A DNA stretch of 63,777 nucleotides, counting the filler, from Octopus bimaculoides (lineage: Eukaryota): assembly GCF_001194135.2 (NCBI RefSeq). It is 7 parts of 7 records of this genome, joined end to end, with 100 filler letters (N's around TTAATTAATTAA, not from the genome) between each part and the next. Parts side by side here need not be neighbours in the genome. Positions count along the whole stretch, not along the records: positions 1 to 24,717 come from NC_068983.1; 6 more parts are not named here. One strand, given 5' to 3'. The translations under genes and the position numbers were made by a program. Numbering within the stretch: position 1 is the first letter of the stretch; each line of letters starts with the position of its first letter. The notes below the pieces were generated by a model. The model did not search any database. It was given only the letters and a program-made list of their open reading frames with translations, and was not told where the DNA came from. Of the stretch, positions 1 to 13,120 are shown piece after piece.

Positions 1-34
<34 letters not shown>

Positions 35-1140
35 ACTTGTTTTAAATCTCTGAGTGAGAGATGTACAGTAACAGTACGAAATAGTAATGTTTATATGCCA
101 ACAGAACATGGCAGACCTATAAAGGACGATGTTACTGTTGTTTTAGCCCCAGGAAGATATCTTTTCCAGCTGGCTATTGACACACAACTGCACCCTACAG
201 AATCTATTTACCAAGAGTAAATTTATATGTGTGTGTGTGTGTGTGTTTCTCTCTCTCTCTCTCTCTCTTTAATGTGTGTATGTCTTTTATAGGACTTCCA
301 CGTTCTGTTGGCATATAAACATTATTATATATATATACATATATATATACACACATACACACACACACATATATATATATAGGTAAAATAGAAGTTGAAA
401 ATGCACTGAGAATAGTTAAAATATTTTTTTTTTTTGTATTTAAATATTTAACCAGTTTCACAGTTTACATTGATTTTCAAAAAGTTGAAATAGANNNNNN
501 NNNNNNNNNNNNNNNNNNNNNNNNNNNNNNNNNNNNNNNNNNNNNNNNNNNNNNNNNNNNNNNNNNNNNNNNNNNNNNNNNNNNNNNNNNNNNNNNNNNN
601 NNNNNNNNNNNNNNNNNNNNNNNNNNNNNNNNNNNNNNNNNNNNNNNNNNNNNNNNNNNNNNNNNNNNNNNNNNNNNNNNNNNNNNNNNNNNNNNNNNNN
701 NNNNNNNNNNNNNNNNNNNNNNNNNNNNNNNNNNNNNNNNNNNNNNNNNNNNNNNNNNNNNNNNNNNNNNNNNNNNNNNNNNNNNNNNNNNNNNNNNNNN
801 NNNNNNNNNNNNNNNNNNNNNNNNNNNNNNNNNNNNNNNNNNNNNNNNNNNNNNNNNNNNNNNNNNNNNNNNNNNNNNNNNNNNNNNNNNNNNNNNNNNN
901 NNNNNNNNNNNNNNNNNNNNNNNNNNNNNNNNNNNNNNNNNNNNNNNNNNNNNNNNNNNNNNNNNNNNNNNNNNNNNNNNNNNNNNNNNNNNNNNNNNNN
1001 NNNNNNNNNNNTCTCTCTCTCTCTCTCTTTAATGTGTGTATGTCTTTTATAGGACTTCCACGTTCTGTTGGCATATAAACATTATTATATATATATACAT
1101 ATATATATACACACATACACACACACACATACATATATAT

Positions 1141-2136
1141 ATCATCATCATTGTTTAACGTCTGCTTACCACACTAGCATGGGTTGGACAATTTGACTGA
1201 GGACTGGTGAACCAGATGGCTGCACCAGGCTCCAATCTGATCAGGCAGAATTTCTACAACTGGATACCCTTCCTAATGCCAACCACTCTGAAAGTGTACT
1301 GGGTGCTTTTACATGCCACCGGCACGAGAGCCAGTCAGGTTGTACTAGCAACGGCCACGCTCAAGTGGTGTTTTTTATGTGCCACCTGCACAGGAGCCAG
1401 TCCAGTGGCACTGGCAACAACTTTGCTTGAATGTTTTTTCACGTGCCAGTAAGGTGACGCTGGTAGCAATCACATTTGAATGGTGCTTTTTATGTGCCAC
1501 TGGCACGGAAGCCAGTCAGCTGCTCTGGCAGCGATCACGCTCGGATGGTGCTCTTAGCGCTCCACTGGCATGGGTGCTAGTCATCGAATTTGCAAATTTG
1601 ATTTGATTTCGATTTCACTTGCCTCAACAGGTCTTCACAAGCAGAGTTTAGTGTCCAATGAAGGAAAGGTACGCATAAGTGGGCTGGTTACACCCCTGGC
1701 ATAAGCCACGGGTTATGGTCTCACTTGGCTTACCTGGTATTCTCACGAACAGCATATTTCCAAAGGTCTCGTTCCCTAGTCTTTGCATCGATGAGGCCTA
1801 ATGTTTGAAAGTCGTGCTTCACCACCTCTTCCTGAGTCTACCTCTTCCACAGGTTCCCTCAATCGCTAGGGTGTGGCACTTTTTCACACAGCTATCCTCA
1901 TCCATTCTCGCCACGTGACCATACCAGCACAATAGTCTCTCTTGCACATCACAACTGATGCTTCTTAGGTTCAACTTTTCTCTCAAGGTACTTATGCTCT
2001 GTCTAGTATGCACACTGACATTACACATCCAGTGGAGCATACTGGCTTCATTCCTTGCGAGCTTACGCATGTCCTCAGCAGTCACGGCCCATGTTTCACT
2101 GCCATGTAGCATGGCTGTTCGTACACATGCGTCATA
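1141..2136 (-). mobile_element. RTE-clade LINE, 3' portion (ORF2 C-terminus, 3' UTR with 65-bp repeats, (GAT)n tail)
   Basis: Minus-strand translation YDACVRTAMLHGSETW...QERLLCWYGHVARM...GRGRLRKRW is typical of RTE RT C-termini. The element ends in ...CGTTAAACAATGATGATGAT at 1141. A second degenerate piece (KGRLNDACVKIAMLQG) lies at about 2500-2640. Confidence 0.85.
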
Positions 2137-2680
2137 NNNNNNNNNNNNNNNNNNNNNNNNNNNNNNNNNNNNNNNNNNNNNNNNNNNNNNNNNNNNNNNN
2201 NNNNNNNNNNNNNNNNNNNNNNNNNNNNNNNNNNNNNNNNNNNNNNNNNNNNNNNNNNNNNNNNNNNNNNNNNNNNNNNNNNNNNNNNNNNNNNNNNNNN
2301 NNNNNNNNNNNNNNNNNNNNNNNNNNNNNNNNNNNNNNNNNNNNNNNNNNNNNNNNNNNNNNNNNNNNNNNNNNNNNNNNNNNNNNNNNNNNNCAGTCCA
2401 CCTCCTCACTCTTCTTGCTTTATCCTCCACTTTCTCCTATGTCCTGTTCTTTGCATATTCTCCCCCCCCCCCAATCACATCTGCTCTGTTAGTCTCTCCA
2501 CTACTACCCTCTCTTCATACTTTAACCTATCTTAACTTCTCCCTACCCTGCAGCATTGCAATTTTAACACAAGCATCATTCAATCTTCCCTTCACTGTGT
2601 GGCGAAGACCTTTGTTGCCAGCAACAGTTGTCCCTCCATAAATTTTCTCCAACCCATTCTTATTCTGGTCACTACGTGTG

Positions 2681-3005
2681 AAAGCGCATGGCTTAGTGGT
2701 TAGAGTAATTGGCTCACTATTGTAAGGGTGTGAGTTTGATTCCTAGCAGTGCAATGTGGCCTTGAGCAAGACACTTCATTTTATGTTGCTCCAGTCCACT
2801 CCAGCTGGCAAAAATGAGTTGTGACTGTAATTCTAAGGGCCAGACTTGTCACATTCTGTGTCACACTGCATCTCTCTGAGAACTACGTTAAGGGTACACG
2901 TGTCTGTGGAATGCTCAGCCACTTGCACATTAATTTCACAAGCAGGCTGTTCTGTTGATCAGATCAACTGGAACGCTCGTCTTCATAACCAACAGTGTGC
3001 CGGTT
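2681..3005 (+). mobile_element. tRNA-derived SINE family C (related copies near 18245-18625, 19535-19770, 22975-23165, 40822-41120, 44235-44550)
   Basis: A-box TGGCTTAGTGG, B-box-like GAGTTTGATTCC, CCTTGAGCAAGACAC motif, and a shared body repeated across the window. Confidence 0.75.
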
Positions 3006-3511
3006 TAAATACCTCCAGAGCAGCCCCCTCGCTTACTAATTACATCTAGGTAACAAAAGCTATCAACTACTTCTGGTGAACCGTCCAGGCATTCAAGGAA
3101 GTCTGTGTCCAATGTGTTCATAACAGACACTACTTCAGTGCATCCATCACAAATAAAACCAATCATCATCGCCTCTACCCTGAAATTGCTGGCCTTGTGC
3201 CAAAATGTGAAACTAATATGACACTATTATATGTTTGATTGTTATGATAATATTGATTGCTTGATGCTGGTTATGATTAATATTATGTTTATGATTTGTT
3301 TACTTAAACATGCTTGTTAATATTGATTATTTTACCACGAAATCCTTTCAGAGAAACTGACCACACCAGTACATGTAAACAATTGTTTAATTGTTTCCAT
3401 AATTAATCTCTTTGAAAGAACATTTGATGTTAGAAGTTACGAAAGTTTATCTCCACTGAAAATATTCTTTTCCTTTAAAAGACTGATATTGATTATTTTT
3501 CTCTTCTTTAG

Positions 3512-3606
3512 AGATCTTAGTGGATATGGTAAGATCGAGAATGTGATATTAGAATCATTTTCATCCCAGAATGAAGAAATAAAAGCGGCCGCATCTTATG
3601 CTTTAG
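3512..3606 (+). CDS. CAND1: CAND1 internal coding exon (first in window): DLSGYGKIENVILESFSSQNEEIKAAASYALG
   Basis: Pyrimidine tract plus AG at 3510-3511 and GT donor at 3607. Translation matches the CAND1/TIP120 HEAT region (vertebrate DLSG..VILEAFSSPSEEVKSAASYALG). Phase joins the next exon. Confidence 0.93.
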
Positions 3607-3721
3607 GTCAGTTGCATTTCTTTTCTCTTACAGTTTTCTGCTGGCTTTGTGAGTATGTGTAGGTCAGAGTTGTGGTAAGTATTTCCAGTACATTGATATC
3701 TCTGCAGAATTTTCTTGTCTC

Positions 3722-3968
3722 TTCGTCATCATCATTTAACGTCTTGCTTTCCATGCTGGCATGGGTTGGACGGTTTGACTCAGGACTGGCAGGCCAGGAG
3801 GCTGCACCGGCTCCACTCTGATCTGGCAAGGCTTCTACAGCTGGATCTAGTGGGTGCTTTTTTATGTGCCACCAGCACGGGAGCCAACCAGTCAGGCAGC
3901 ACTGGTATCAACCACGCTTGAATGGTGTTTTTTACGCACCACTGGCACGGGAGCCAGTCAGGCGGCAC
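3722..3968 (-). mobile_element. Short RTE-tail element (3' end plus 65-bp units)
   Basis: CATCATCATTTAACGTC.....CCATGCTGGCATGGGTTGGAC is shared with the 1141 LINE tail, followed by two 65-bp units. Confidence 0.75.
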
Positions 3969-4149
3969 TCATTTTTTAAACATGATTGTGCAAGATGCAA
4001 GTTTATAATTGTCTGCTGATTTTAAGTAAAAGGAAAATGTGGTATTGGAAAGTTGATTGTTAAGTCTGGAGATGAAAGGGTTAGAAATGAGTGTGGTTCT
4101 ACACTTCATGGACAGGTGGGTTTTGTGAGATATAAAGGAAAAGGGTCAA

Positions 4150-4539
4150 CCCTTTAGCATTCAGATTATTCAGTTAAATGTAATGCCTGTTCATTCACAT
4201 TGTTTTTAATTTATCATCCTTTATCTTATAGCTTTCAGATTTTAATGATGTAACCTCGCCTGTGTTTGTGCCACATAAAAGTCCACTCTGCTGAGTGGCT
4301 GGTGGGGCAGCCAGCTGTAAAACTCCTGCCAAAACAGTCACAGAAGTCTGGTACAGGCTTCTGCCTGGCTAGCTCTTGTCAAACCATTCTATCCACACCA
4401 GCATGGAAGGCGGACATTAAACGATGATATATTTTTAGAATGATATTGAAGGGTAGGTGTGATAGATGGATCTAACTAGTTTGAACATAAGCCAGGTAGC
4501 ATATTTTGGCTGGATATGGCCTGTTTAAATGCTAAGGGG
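4150..4539. mobile_element. piggyBac-like MITE carrying a nested RTE-tail fragment (about 4255-4428)
   Basis: TIRs CCCTTTAGCATT / AATGCTAAGGGG, flanked by TCAA on the left and TTAA on the right. Confidence 0.5.
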
Positions 4540-5242
4540 TTAAGAGGAAGTGGATGGCAGTTGGCATGTTCTGAAGAACCAATTTTATTATTCTTGTGGT
4601 AACAGAAGCAACATTGTGTGATGGTGTCTCCTAACATATTTCCTTTGATGAGAAATGGATGTAATGGTTGTGTGCAGTGACACTCTTCTTCCTCGAAATA
4701 AATGTTTCTATTTCAACCTGTTAAATGTAAATAAATCCTGTTGAAAATAGAAGTGAATGTCTTCAACAGTAGAATCAACTGATATTGAGTGGGCAGCTAA
4801 TATTATATAAATGACTCTACAGGCCACAACCATACCTGTTATATATTCTAAAATTAAACGGTATATTCTCAATTTCTTGTGTGATTTACTGCTGTAGTAT
4901 TATTATTATTATTACTACTACTACTACTACTACTACCCTTCGCGCATAAGTGAAAGCAGGGTATTGTAATAACTCTTCTTTATGAGTTTGCAAAATTACT
5001 GGAAAATGGCTGAACGGATTTTCATCAAATTTGGCAGAAATAATCATTGGGTGAGTGGCTTGAAATGACGAAAATTTGGTACCAGTTGAGCAGGGGGGTG
5101 GGGCAATGTAATCGACTCATCCCTTCCCCCAAAGTTGCTGTCTTGTGGTAAAATTTGAAACCATTATCATTATTATCATCATCATAATTATTATTATTAT
5201 TATTACTACTACTACTACTACTTCTTTTTATAATACTTTCAG

Positions 5243-5346
5243 GTAATGTCAGTGTGGGTAATTTGACTTACTTCCTGCCATTTGTATTACAAGAAATCAA
5301 GAATCAACCTAAAAGACAATATCTGTTATTACATTCTCTAAAAGAG
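5243..5346 (+). CDS. CAND1: CAND1 exon: (G)[34 protein letters not shown]
   Basis: AG at 5241-5242, GTAAG donor at 5347. Diagnostic CAND1 motif [14 protein letters not shown]. Confidence 0.96.
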
Positions 5347-5869
5347 GTAAGTTGAATTTTAGTATTACTTTTGAGTCAGCAATTCATAAACTAATTCTTA
5401 GTCCCTTCTTGGTATATTGGTGATCCTGATTTCACTGTGAATATACATATTTTTAAGTCCTACACCACCAGCCTGTTGACCTAATTTCTCTGTGTTCAGG
5501 GTGTTCTGCACTCATAACATCCACATTGTAACCATTTGAAATATCTTGGTTATTCAAGAAGTGGAAATCATACACTTCAAGAATTCAACTTCATCCAAAA
5601 CCAACTTTCATCCCTGGGATGGTGTAAATAATATCTTAAGGAGACAACACAATAAATGCTGGCTGCTGGGGAGATCAGTTTTTAGTACAGTTTACACTTG
5701 GCTATTGCAATTAATGAGACAAAAGATTAATTTTCACAGTGTAACATGGTGTAGTGGTTCAAATGGAATTTATTATTGTTATTTATGTTGTTAGCAAATC
5801 CATGAGAATGAAAGGTAAAATACATCTCAACAGGATTTCCTTTGAAAACATAAAAATAAGAGGCTCTTC

Positions 5870-6110
5870 TTATTTCTTATTTCTTTATTGCCCACAAGGG
5901 GCTAAACATAGAGGGGACAAACAAGGACAAACAAAGGGATAAAGTCGATTACATCGACCCCAGTACGAAACTGGTACTTAATTTATCGACCCCAAAAGGA
6001 TGAAAGGCAAAGTCGACCTTGGCGGAATTTGAACTCAGAACGTAACGGCAGACAAAATACGGCTAAGCATTTCGCCCGGTGTGCTAACGATTCGGCCAGC
6101 TCGCCGCCTT
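5870..6110 (-). mobile_element. SINE family B (related copies near 8420-8645, tandem pair 11710-12120, 26243-26456, 50500-50900, 53290-53752)
   Basis: Shared GAGCTGGC.GAA.CGTTAGCAC...GAGTTCAAATTCCGCC (B-box) ...GGGGTCGATGTAATCGAC... body in multiple dispersed copies. Confidence 0.8.
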
Positions 6111-6241
6111 CTCTCTAGTTTCTGCCAACACTCAGCTGCATTGCAACTCAACATTCTCTTAATTTTCCTCCTTTCAAAGCAAACTTTGATTCGTTGAAAT
6201 AACTGATGCATTAATATTTCAAATGTTTTTTATATTTTTAG

Positions 6242-6309
6242 ATAATTAGCTGCCAGTCAGTTAATGAATCCACTGTTGATAACTTGAAACCTTATGTAGA
6301 AGACATTTG
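6242..6309 (+). CDS. CAND1: CAND1 exon: IISCQSVNESTVDNLKPYVEDI(W)
   Basis: AG at 6240-6241, GTATGT donor at 6310. Matches CAND1 IIS...LKPYVENIW. The TG+G split codon joins the 10601 exon. Confidence 0.92.
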
Positions 6310-6414
6310 GTATGTAATTACTTTCCCTGTTAATATTTATTACTAATTATAACCATAACCAAGTATATCCTGCTGTAATTTATAAACCATTTAACAAATG
6401 GAATTTATTTCCTT

Positions 6415-6629
6415 TTACTCTTTTACTTGTTTCAGTCATTTGACTGTGGCCATGCTGGAGCACCGCCTTTAGTCAAGCAAATCGACCCCACGACTTATTC
6501 TTTGGAAGCCTAGCACTTATTCTATCGGTCTCTTTTGCCGAACTGCTAAGTTACGGGGACGTAAACACACCAGCATCGGTTTTCAAGCGATGTTGGGAGG
6601 GACAAACATATACACACACACATACATAC

Positions 6630-6705
<76 letters not shown>

Positions 6706-6868
6706 GACGGGCTTCTTTCAGTTTCCATCTACTAAATCCACCCACAAGGCTTTGGTCGGCCCAAGGCTATAGTAGAAGACACTTGCCCAAGGTGCCACGC
6801 AGTGGGACTGAACCCAGAACCATGTGGTTGGTAAGCAAGCTACTTACCACACAGCCACTCCCACGCCT
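6415..6868 (-). mobile_element. tRNA-derived SINE family A with internal (TA)n (related copies near 7985-8344, 9141-9522, 10880-11045, 17843-18216, 20947-21208, 22060-22510, 31190-31540, 47690-47965, 50925-51329)
   Basis: A-box TGGCTGTGTGG, B-box GGTTCAGTCC, CORE-like CCTTGGGCAAG motif, internal microsatellite, and a ...GAAACAAGTAAAAGAGT tail. Confidence 0.85.
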
Positions 6869-9800
6869 TTTCTACAAGATCTACATTTGTATTCAGTCAT
6901 GTTACTAAGTTTTACATTTAGTTTCTCTCTCCATAGTTTTAAATAGTTTTCCTATTCTCTCCCCAATTTTCCTCTTCATTGATCAAAGCATCGCAGCTGC
7001 TCTGTTGGAAGTCTTAGACAACTGACCGTCTTCAGTTTTTTGTGTTAACCTATTGTATAATCCTCTTGAGCAAAGCTTATCATTCAGTTTGCTTCATTAT
7101 ATTAGGTTAACAAATATGTCCCATACAGAGATAAATTGGTAAATATTGGAAAAGATATCCAGCTGTAATAACTGTTGTTACCAACAGAAAGAAAATTTTC
7201 AATTCAATAAAAACAATGCAACTCAATTTAACATGAAAAAAATTAATACAAAGCTGTTTTTATAAAAAGAGAACTTAAAATGAAAAAAAAAATCATCTGT
7301 TTCTGTTATTTTAATTTTACATTCCTGAAAAACCTGTCTGTCTTTGAGAACTACCGTTGCCTCAAGAAGGCCCAGATTGGACATTATTGCAAAATGGAAT
7401 AAATCTAGACCTTTGGCCTCTTTTATTTATTTCCTGCCATTTCACCATTAATAGACTCATTTCGTTGTATTTTTTTCTGTTCCTCTCTTAACCCTCCTTC
7501 ATTTATTTATTCTTGGTGCTGGTTACACATTTCCAATCTCTCTCCATCAGTGACATTAACCAAAGTGAGCAGCAAAGTCTTTTACTTTTGGACATTTCAT
7601 AATATATTCATTGCTTGATGCTGGTTATGATTAATATTATGTTTATGATTAATGACATTATTGTTTGTGTGTTTGTTTACTTAAACATGCTTGTTAATAT
7701 TGATTATTTTACCACAAAATCCTTTCAGAGAAACTGACCACACCAGTACCTGTAAACAATCGTTTAATTTATATATATATATATATATATATATAGCTTC
7801 TTCACTACTGCAAAAGTGTGCTGAAGATGCCAAAATTCCTGGATATTAGTGTGAAACCATAGCAGGGAACTATATAATTTAATTTGGTCATCCAGAAGGG
7901 AAAAAATGGCTGGATTTCAAGAGTTTTCATTCAAGTATGGACACATCTGAATCGAGTTCCATTTAGTCACTTGGTTGCACACATACTCTTTTACTTGTTT
8001 CAGTCATTTAACTGTGGCCATGCTGGAGCACCGCCTTTAGTCGAGCAAATCGACCCCAAAACTTATTCTTTAGAAGCCTAGTATTTATTCTATCGGCCTC
8101 TTTTGCCGAACCACTAAGTTACGGGGACATAAACACATACATACACATACATATATATATATATATATACATACATATATACAACTGGCTTCTTTCAGTT
8201 TCCGTCTACCAAATTCACTCATGGCTTTGGTTGGCCCGAGGCTATAGTAGAAGACACTTGCCCAAGGTGCCACGCAGTGGAACTGAACCCGGAACCATGT
8301 GGTTTGTAAGCAAGCTATTTACCACACAGCCACTCCTACGCCTATATTTAAAAAAAAAAAAAAACTAAAAAAAAAAATCCATGAAGATTATGCAGTTCAG
8401 GCTACAGGGTTAAAAACGAATGATAATAATAATAATCCTTTATACTAAAGGAACAAGGCCTGAAATTTGTGGGGAGGGGAGTAGTCGATTACATCAACCC
8501 CAGTGTTTCACTGGTACTTAATTTATTGACCACAAAAGGATGGAAGGCAAAGTTGACCATGGCGGAATTTGAACTTAGAACATAACGATGGGCAAAATAC
8601 TGCTTAGCATTTCGTCCAGTGTGCTAATGACTCTGCCAGCTCAACACATTAATGATAATAATAATAATAATAATAATAATCACTCCTTGATTTTTGTTCT
8701 TATCATCACAGGAGCTCTCTCTCTCTCTCTTACTTCTGATATTATTGATCTCAGACTGGAAAGGTTTCTAAAACCAGCTTCAATATTTATTTTTCAAACT
8801 GATTTTTATTTATTTTTGTCCAACTAGAAATCACTCATTAAATATTCTACCTCTTTACTCTGTTACTTTCCATAATTTGTCTGCTAATTTAATAAACTTT
8901 GTGGAACAAATAATTATATATAAATGCTGACAACTATGAAGGTATGTGGGTCAAATGCAAGGAAGGTCTTAATGTTATAACAAACATCCAGTGAAACGGT
9001 ACTTGGAATGTGCCAACTATTTAGAAATAGTGACAGTGAGAAACTCCTGAAAGTCTATAAACTGTTTCTGGCAGCTCTTGGTGTTGAGTGTTGTTATTGG
9101 TGAGAGCCGAGTAAGGAAAGGATGGAAATTGTTCAGGGAGTTAGTTGCTTACCAACCACATGGTTCCAGGTTCAGTCCCACTGTGTGGCACCTTGGGCAA
9201 GTGTATTTCGACAATAGCCTCAGGCCAACCAAAGCCCTGTGAGTGGATTTGGTAGGTGGAAACTGAAAGAAGCCTGTCGTATATATATGTATATGTTTGT
9301 GTGCCTGTGTTTGTTTCCCCCCCCACCACCACCACCACCATCGCTTGACAACTGATGCTAGTGTGTTTATGTCCTCATAACTTAGTGGTTCGGCAAAAGT
9401 GGCTGACAGAATAAGTATTAGGCTTACAGAGAATAAGTCTTGGGGTCGATTTGCTTGACTAAAGGTGGTGCTCCAGCATGGCCGCAGTCAAACGACTGAA
9501 ACAAGTAAAAGAATAAAAGAATATATGCTGATGTTCTAGTTCTCATAGCTGATTCTATAGGAAAATTAGAGAAGAAATTTCAGGCATGGAAGTCAAACCT
9601 AGAATCAAGGGTGTTTTACTACATGATAACGAGATCAAGATATTGCATATGGAACATCTAGGACTGCAGCACAATTTGTAAGATGTTGGGAGGAAATGGT
9701 AGATTGTAGGATATTGGTTCTGCCATCATTGCCTCCTCCCTTCCTTCCCCCACTACTGTGTTGTTGTTGTTGCTGTGTGACCCTGCCCCCATGATTAGCA

Positions 9801-10600
9801 TGCATTTTGCCCCAGTCCTTTGTCATCTTTCTCAGGTTTATTCATTTGATATCCACTTTCACCATTTCCTCACACTACTTTGCCTTTCTTCATCTATAAA
9901 ATTCTTCTTGTCTTGCTTAGAAAAATCCATATCGCTGTTATGTGCCATACACATCACATTGCCATGCTAATACAAACTTTTCTCTCACACATTACCTCTT
10001 GTTCTTCCTATAGCCTAACCTTGCACTTCCAGTGGTACAGTTTCACTTCATTTCTCTACTGTTTTTACATAACCTCATACAATGGCATCTCATTATTTCC
10101 CTCCAAATATGAAAAGTCATAGCACACATTTCTCTACACTTTGTCATTTCAAGGCCCAAAAGGATGTGAAACTACTCACTTGAAATCAGAGAGAGATAAG
10201 ATGTGGTTTTGTTCAGAAGGAAGATAATTGTTTTAATGTGTTTCTTAACAAGAAAGTTTATATTTTAAACTTGAAGTTAAAAATTATACTTCTTAAAATG
10301 AATATAAAAAGTACTTCTGCCACATAAAAACCACCCAGCAAACTCTGTAAAGTGGTTGGCATTAAGAAAGGCTGTAGAAGCCAAGCCAAAATAGATAACA
10401 GGAATGTGGTACAGTTCTCTGGCTTGCCAGCACTATGGAAAATGGATGTGTGGCAGCAGCAGCAGTAGTTTTTTAATTTCTTTTTACTTTTTTTAAAAGT
10501 TTGTCTGAAAATGTTTCAAAGAATTGTTGTGTTCTTTTAGAATTTTACAAATATTTCTTTTTCTGGATTTTCTCAAATGTATTTTTTCTATTTCCAACAG

Positions 10601-10790
10601 GTCTATGTTATTTGCCCATTGTGAATGCCCTGAGGAAGGAACACGAAATGTTGTATCAGAATGTCTAGGGAAATTAACTCTAATTGACCCTTCAACACTG
10701 TTGAATAACCTTAAAAGTTATTTAGATTCTCCCTCCCCCTATACAAGGAGCACTGTTGTTACAGCTGTTAAATTCACCATATCAGACCAG
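10601..10790 (+). CDS. CAND1: CAND1 exon: [30 protein letters not shown]...[15 protein letters not shown]
   Basis: CAG acceptor ending at 10600, GTAAAG donor at 10791. CAND1 motif [19 protein letters not shown]. Confidence 0.97.
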
Positions 10791-12186
10791 GTAAAGCATG
10801 CAATTTATACTGTTATTTACACTTAGTTATAATTTACTTTGTTCCTAATAATTAAAATAAATAAAATTAATTTCAGGTACAAGTATGGCTGTGTGGTTAA
10901 AAAGTTTACTTCCCAACCACATGGTTCTGGGTTCAGTCCTTCTGCGTGATACCTTGGGCCAGTGTCTTCTACTATAGCCTTTGGCCAACCAAAGCCTTGT
11001 GATTGGATCTGGTAGACAGAAACTGAAAGAAGCCCTTTGTGTGTATGAGGTTGTGTATGTTTGTAGCTCCTTGTCTTGAAAGGATACTTGTAAATGAGTC
11101 TCACTGTCGCACACTGAGTGTCATTCATTTCTAATATTCTCCAAGAACATGTCAGGCCATGGGGAAGCACTTACTGATTGCCCTGATAGTTTTTAAACAG
11201 ATGTTAAAATTTTCCAAACCAAACCTACTTCTGCTGCCACAGAAGTACGGTCGTAAAATGGTTTGAAAATGAAATTAAAAATATGGATGTTGATTCTTTC
11301 TAAATTAATTTCATAAGAAATACACAGACACACTGATTGTATTTGACTTCCTTTCTACCTCTGTGTGTGTGTGTGTTAGCATAATGACCTTTCCAAAATA
11401 CAACAAAATCTGTTTCAATACATCATTACACTTCAAGAATCTTGTAAACCAAATACAAAAATGTAATTAAACTTGATATTACTTCTTAATTGAGCTGTCA
11501 GAATCACATGATATGGGAATTCTGGCAAATTCTCGTTTGCTACTATCTGTGCACTTTTATGTACCAAGTCACCACAAGACAGGTTCTCTCAGGGCTAATA
11601 ACAAAGTATTTGGTGTTCTAACAGGACATCCATGTTAAGTTGGATATAAAGATTACCTTTTGATATTAATACTGCTTCCATTGCTGATAATTAATAAGTA
11701 GTAATTAACGTGGTGAGCTGGCAGAAACGTTAGCACACCGAGCGAAATGCTTAGCGGTACTTTGTCTGTCTTTACATTCCGAGTTCAAATTCCACTGAGG
11801 GCAACTTTGCTTTGCAGCCTTTCAGGGTTGATAAAGTAAGTACCAGTTGTGTACTGGGGTTGATCTAATCGATTAGCCCTACTCCCCAAAAAAACTTCAG
11901 GCCTTGTGCCTAGAGTAGAAGAGAATCGTTAGCACACCCAGCGAAATGCTTAGCGGCATTTTCTTGGTCTTTACGTTCTGAGTTCAAATTCCACCGAGGT
12001 CGACTTTGCTTTTCATCCTTTCAGAGTCGATAAAGTACTAGTTGCGTACTGGAGTCGATCTAATTGATTGGCCCCACTCCCCCCAAAATTTCAGGCCTAG
12101 TGCCTAGAATAGAAAAGAATATTAAGTAGTAATTTTGTTTCTTGTTTCATTTTGTTAATTTTATTTTTTTCATTTTCTCTTCTTAG

Positions 12187-12375
12187 CCACAAGGAATAGA
12201 TTCCTTACTTCGAACATATATTGGTGATTTCTTGAAAACATTACAAGATCCCGACTTAAATGTACGCCGAGTTGCTCTGATAACTTTTAATTCTGCTGCA
12301 CATAACAAACCTTCTCTTATTCGAGACTTATTGGATTCTATTCTTCCACATCTTTACCATGAAACAAAAGTCAGA
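12187..12375 (+). CDS. CAND1: CAND1 exon: [49 protein letters not shown]...HETKVR
   Basis: TAG acceptor ending at 12186, GTAAGT donor at 12376, 63 codons, near-invariant CAND1 motif. Confidence 0.97.
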
Positions 12376-12551
12376 GTAAGTCCATTTTTTTTACCTTTTA
12401 CTACTTGGCTTCGGTTATTAGGTTGTGGCCAGGCTGGGGTACTGCCCTCAAGAATTTTTAGTCGAATAAATCGACCCCCAGGACTTCATTATTTTAAAAA
12501 CCTGGTAATTATTCTGTTGTTGTTGTTTTTTTTTTTGCCAAACTGCTAAGT

Positions 12552-13120
12552 TACAAGGAGCCAGTCAGGCAGTACTGGCATCGACCAGGCTTGAATGGTG
12601 CTTTTTACATGTCACAGGCATGGGACCAGTCAGGTGGCACCAGCATTGACCATGNNNNNNNNNNNNNNNNNNNNNNNNNNNNNNNNNNNNNNNNNNNNNN
12701 NNNNNNNNNNNNNNNNNNNNNNNNNNNNNNNNNNNNNNNNNNNNNNNNNNNNNNNNNNNNNNNNNNNNNNNNNNNNNNNNNNNNNNNNNNNTTTACATGT
12801 CACAGGCATGGGACCAGTCAGGTGGCACCAGCATTGACCATACTTGAATGGTGCTTTTTACATGTCACAGGCATGGGACCAGTCAGGTGGCACCAGCATT
12901 GACCATACTTGAATGGTGCTTTTTACATGTCACAGGCATGGGACCAGTCAGGTGGCACCAGCATTGACCATGCTCGAATGGTGCCTTTTATGTGCCACAG
13001 GCAGGGGACCAGCCAGGTGGCACCAGCATTGACCATGCTCGAATGATGCCTTTTACGTGTCACAGGCTTGGGACCAGTCAGGCAGAACTGGCATCGACTA
13101 CGCTCAAATGGTGTTTTACA
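12552..13120 (+). repeat. 65-bp tandem minisatellite in a CAND1 intron (interrupted by a gap)
   Basis: The unit GAATGGTGCTTTTTACATGTCACAGGCATGGGACCAGTCAGGTGGCACCAGCATTGACCATACTT recurs at 12846, 12911, 12976, 13041 and about 13106. Confidence 0.9.

Noticed and set aside
12552-13120. CRISPR-like appearance of the regular 65-bp array
   Set aside because: Whole units repeat without unique spacers, the context is eukaryotic, and no cas genes are present.
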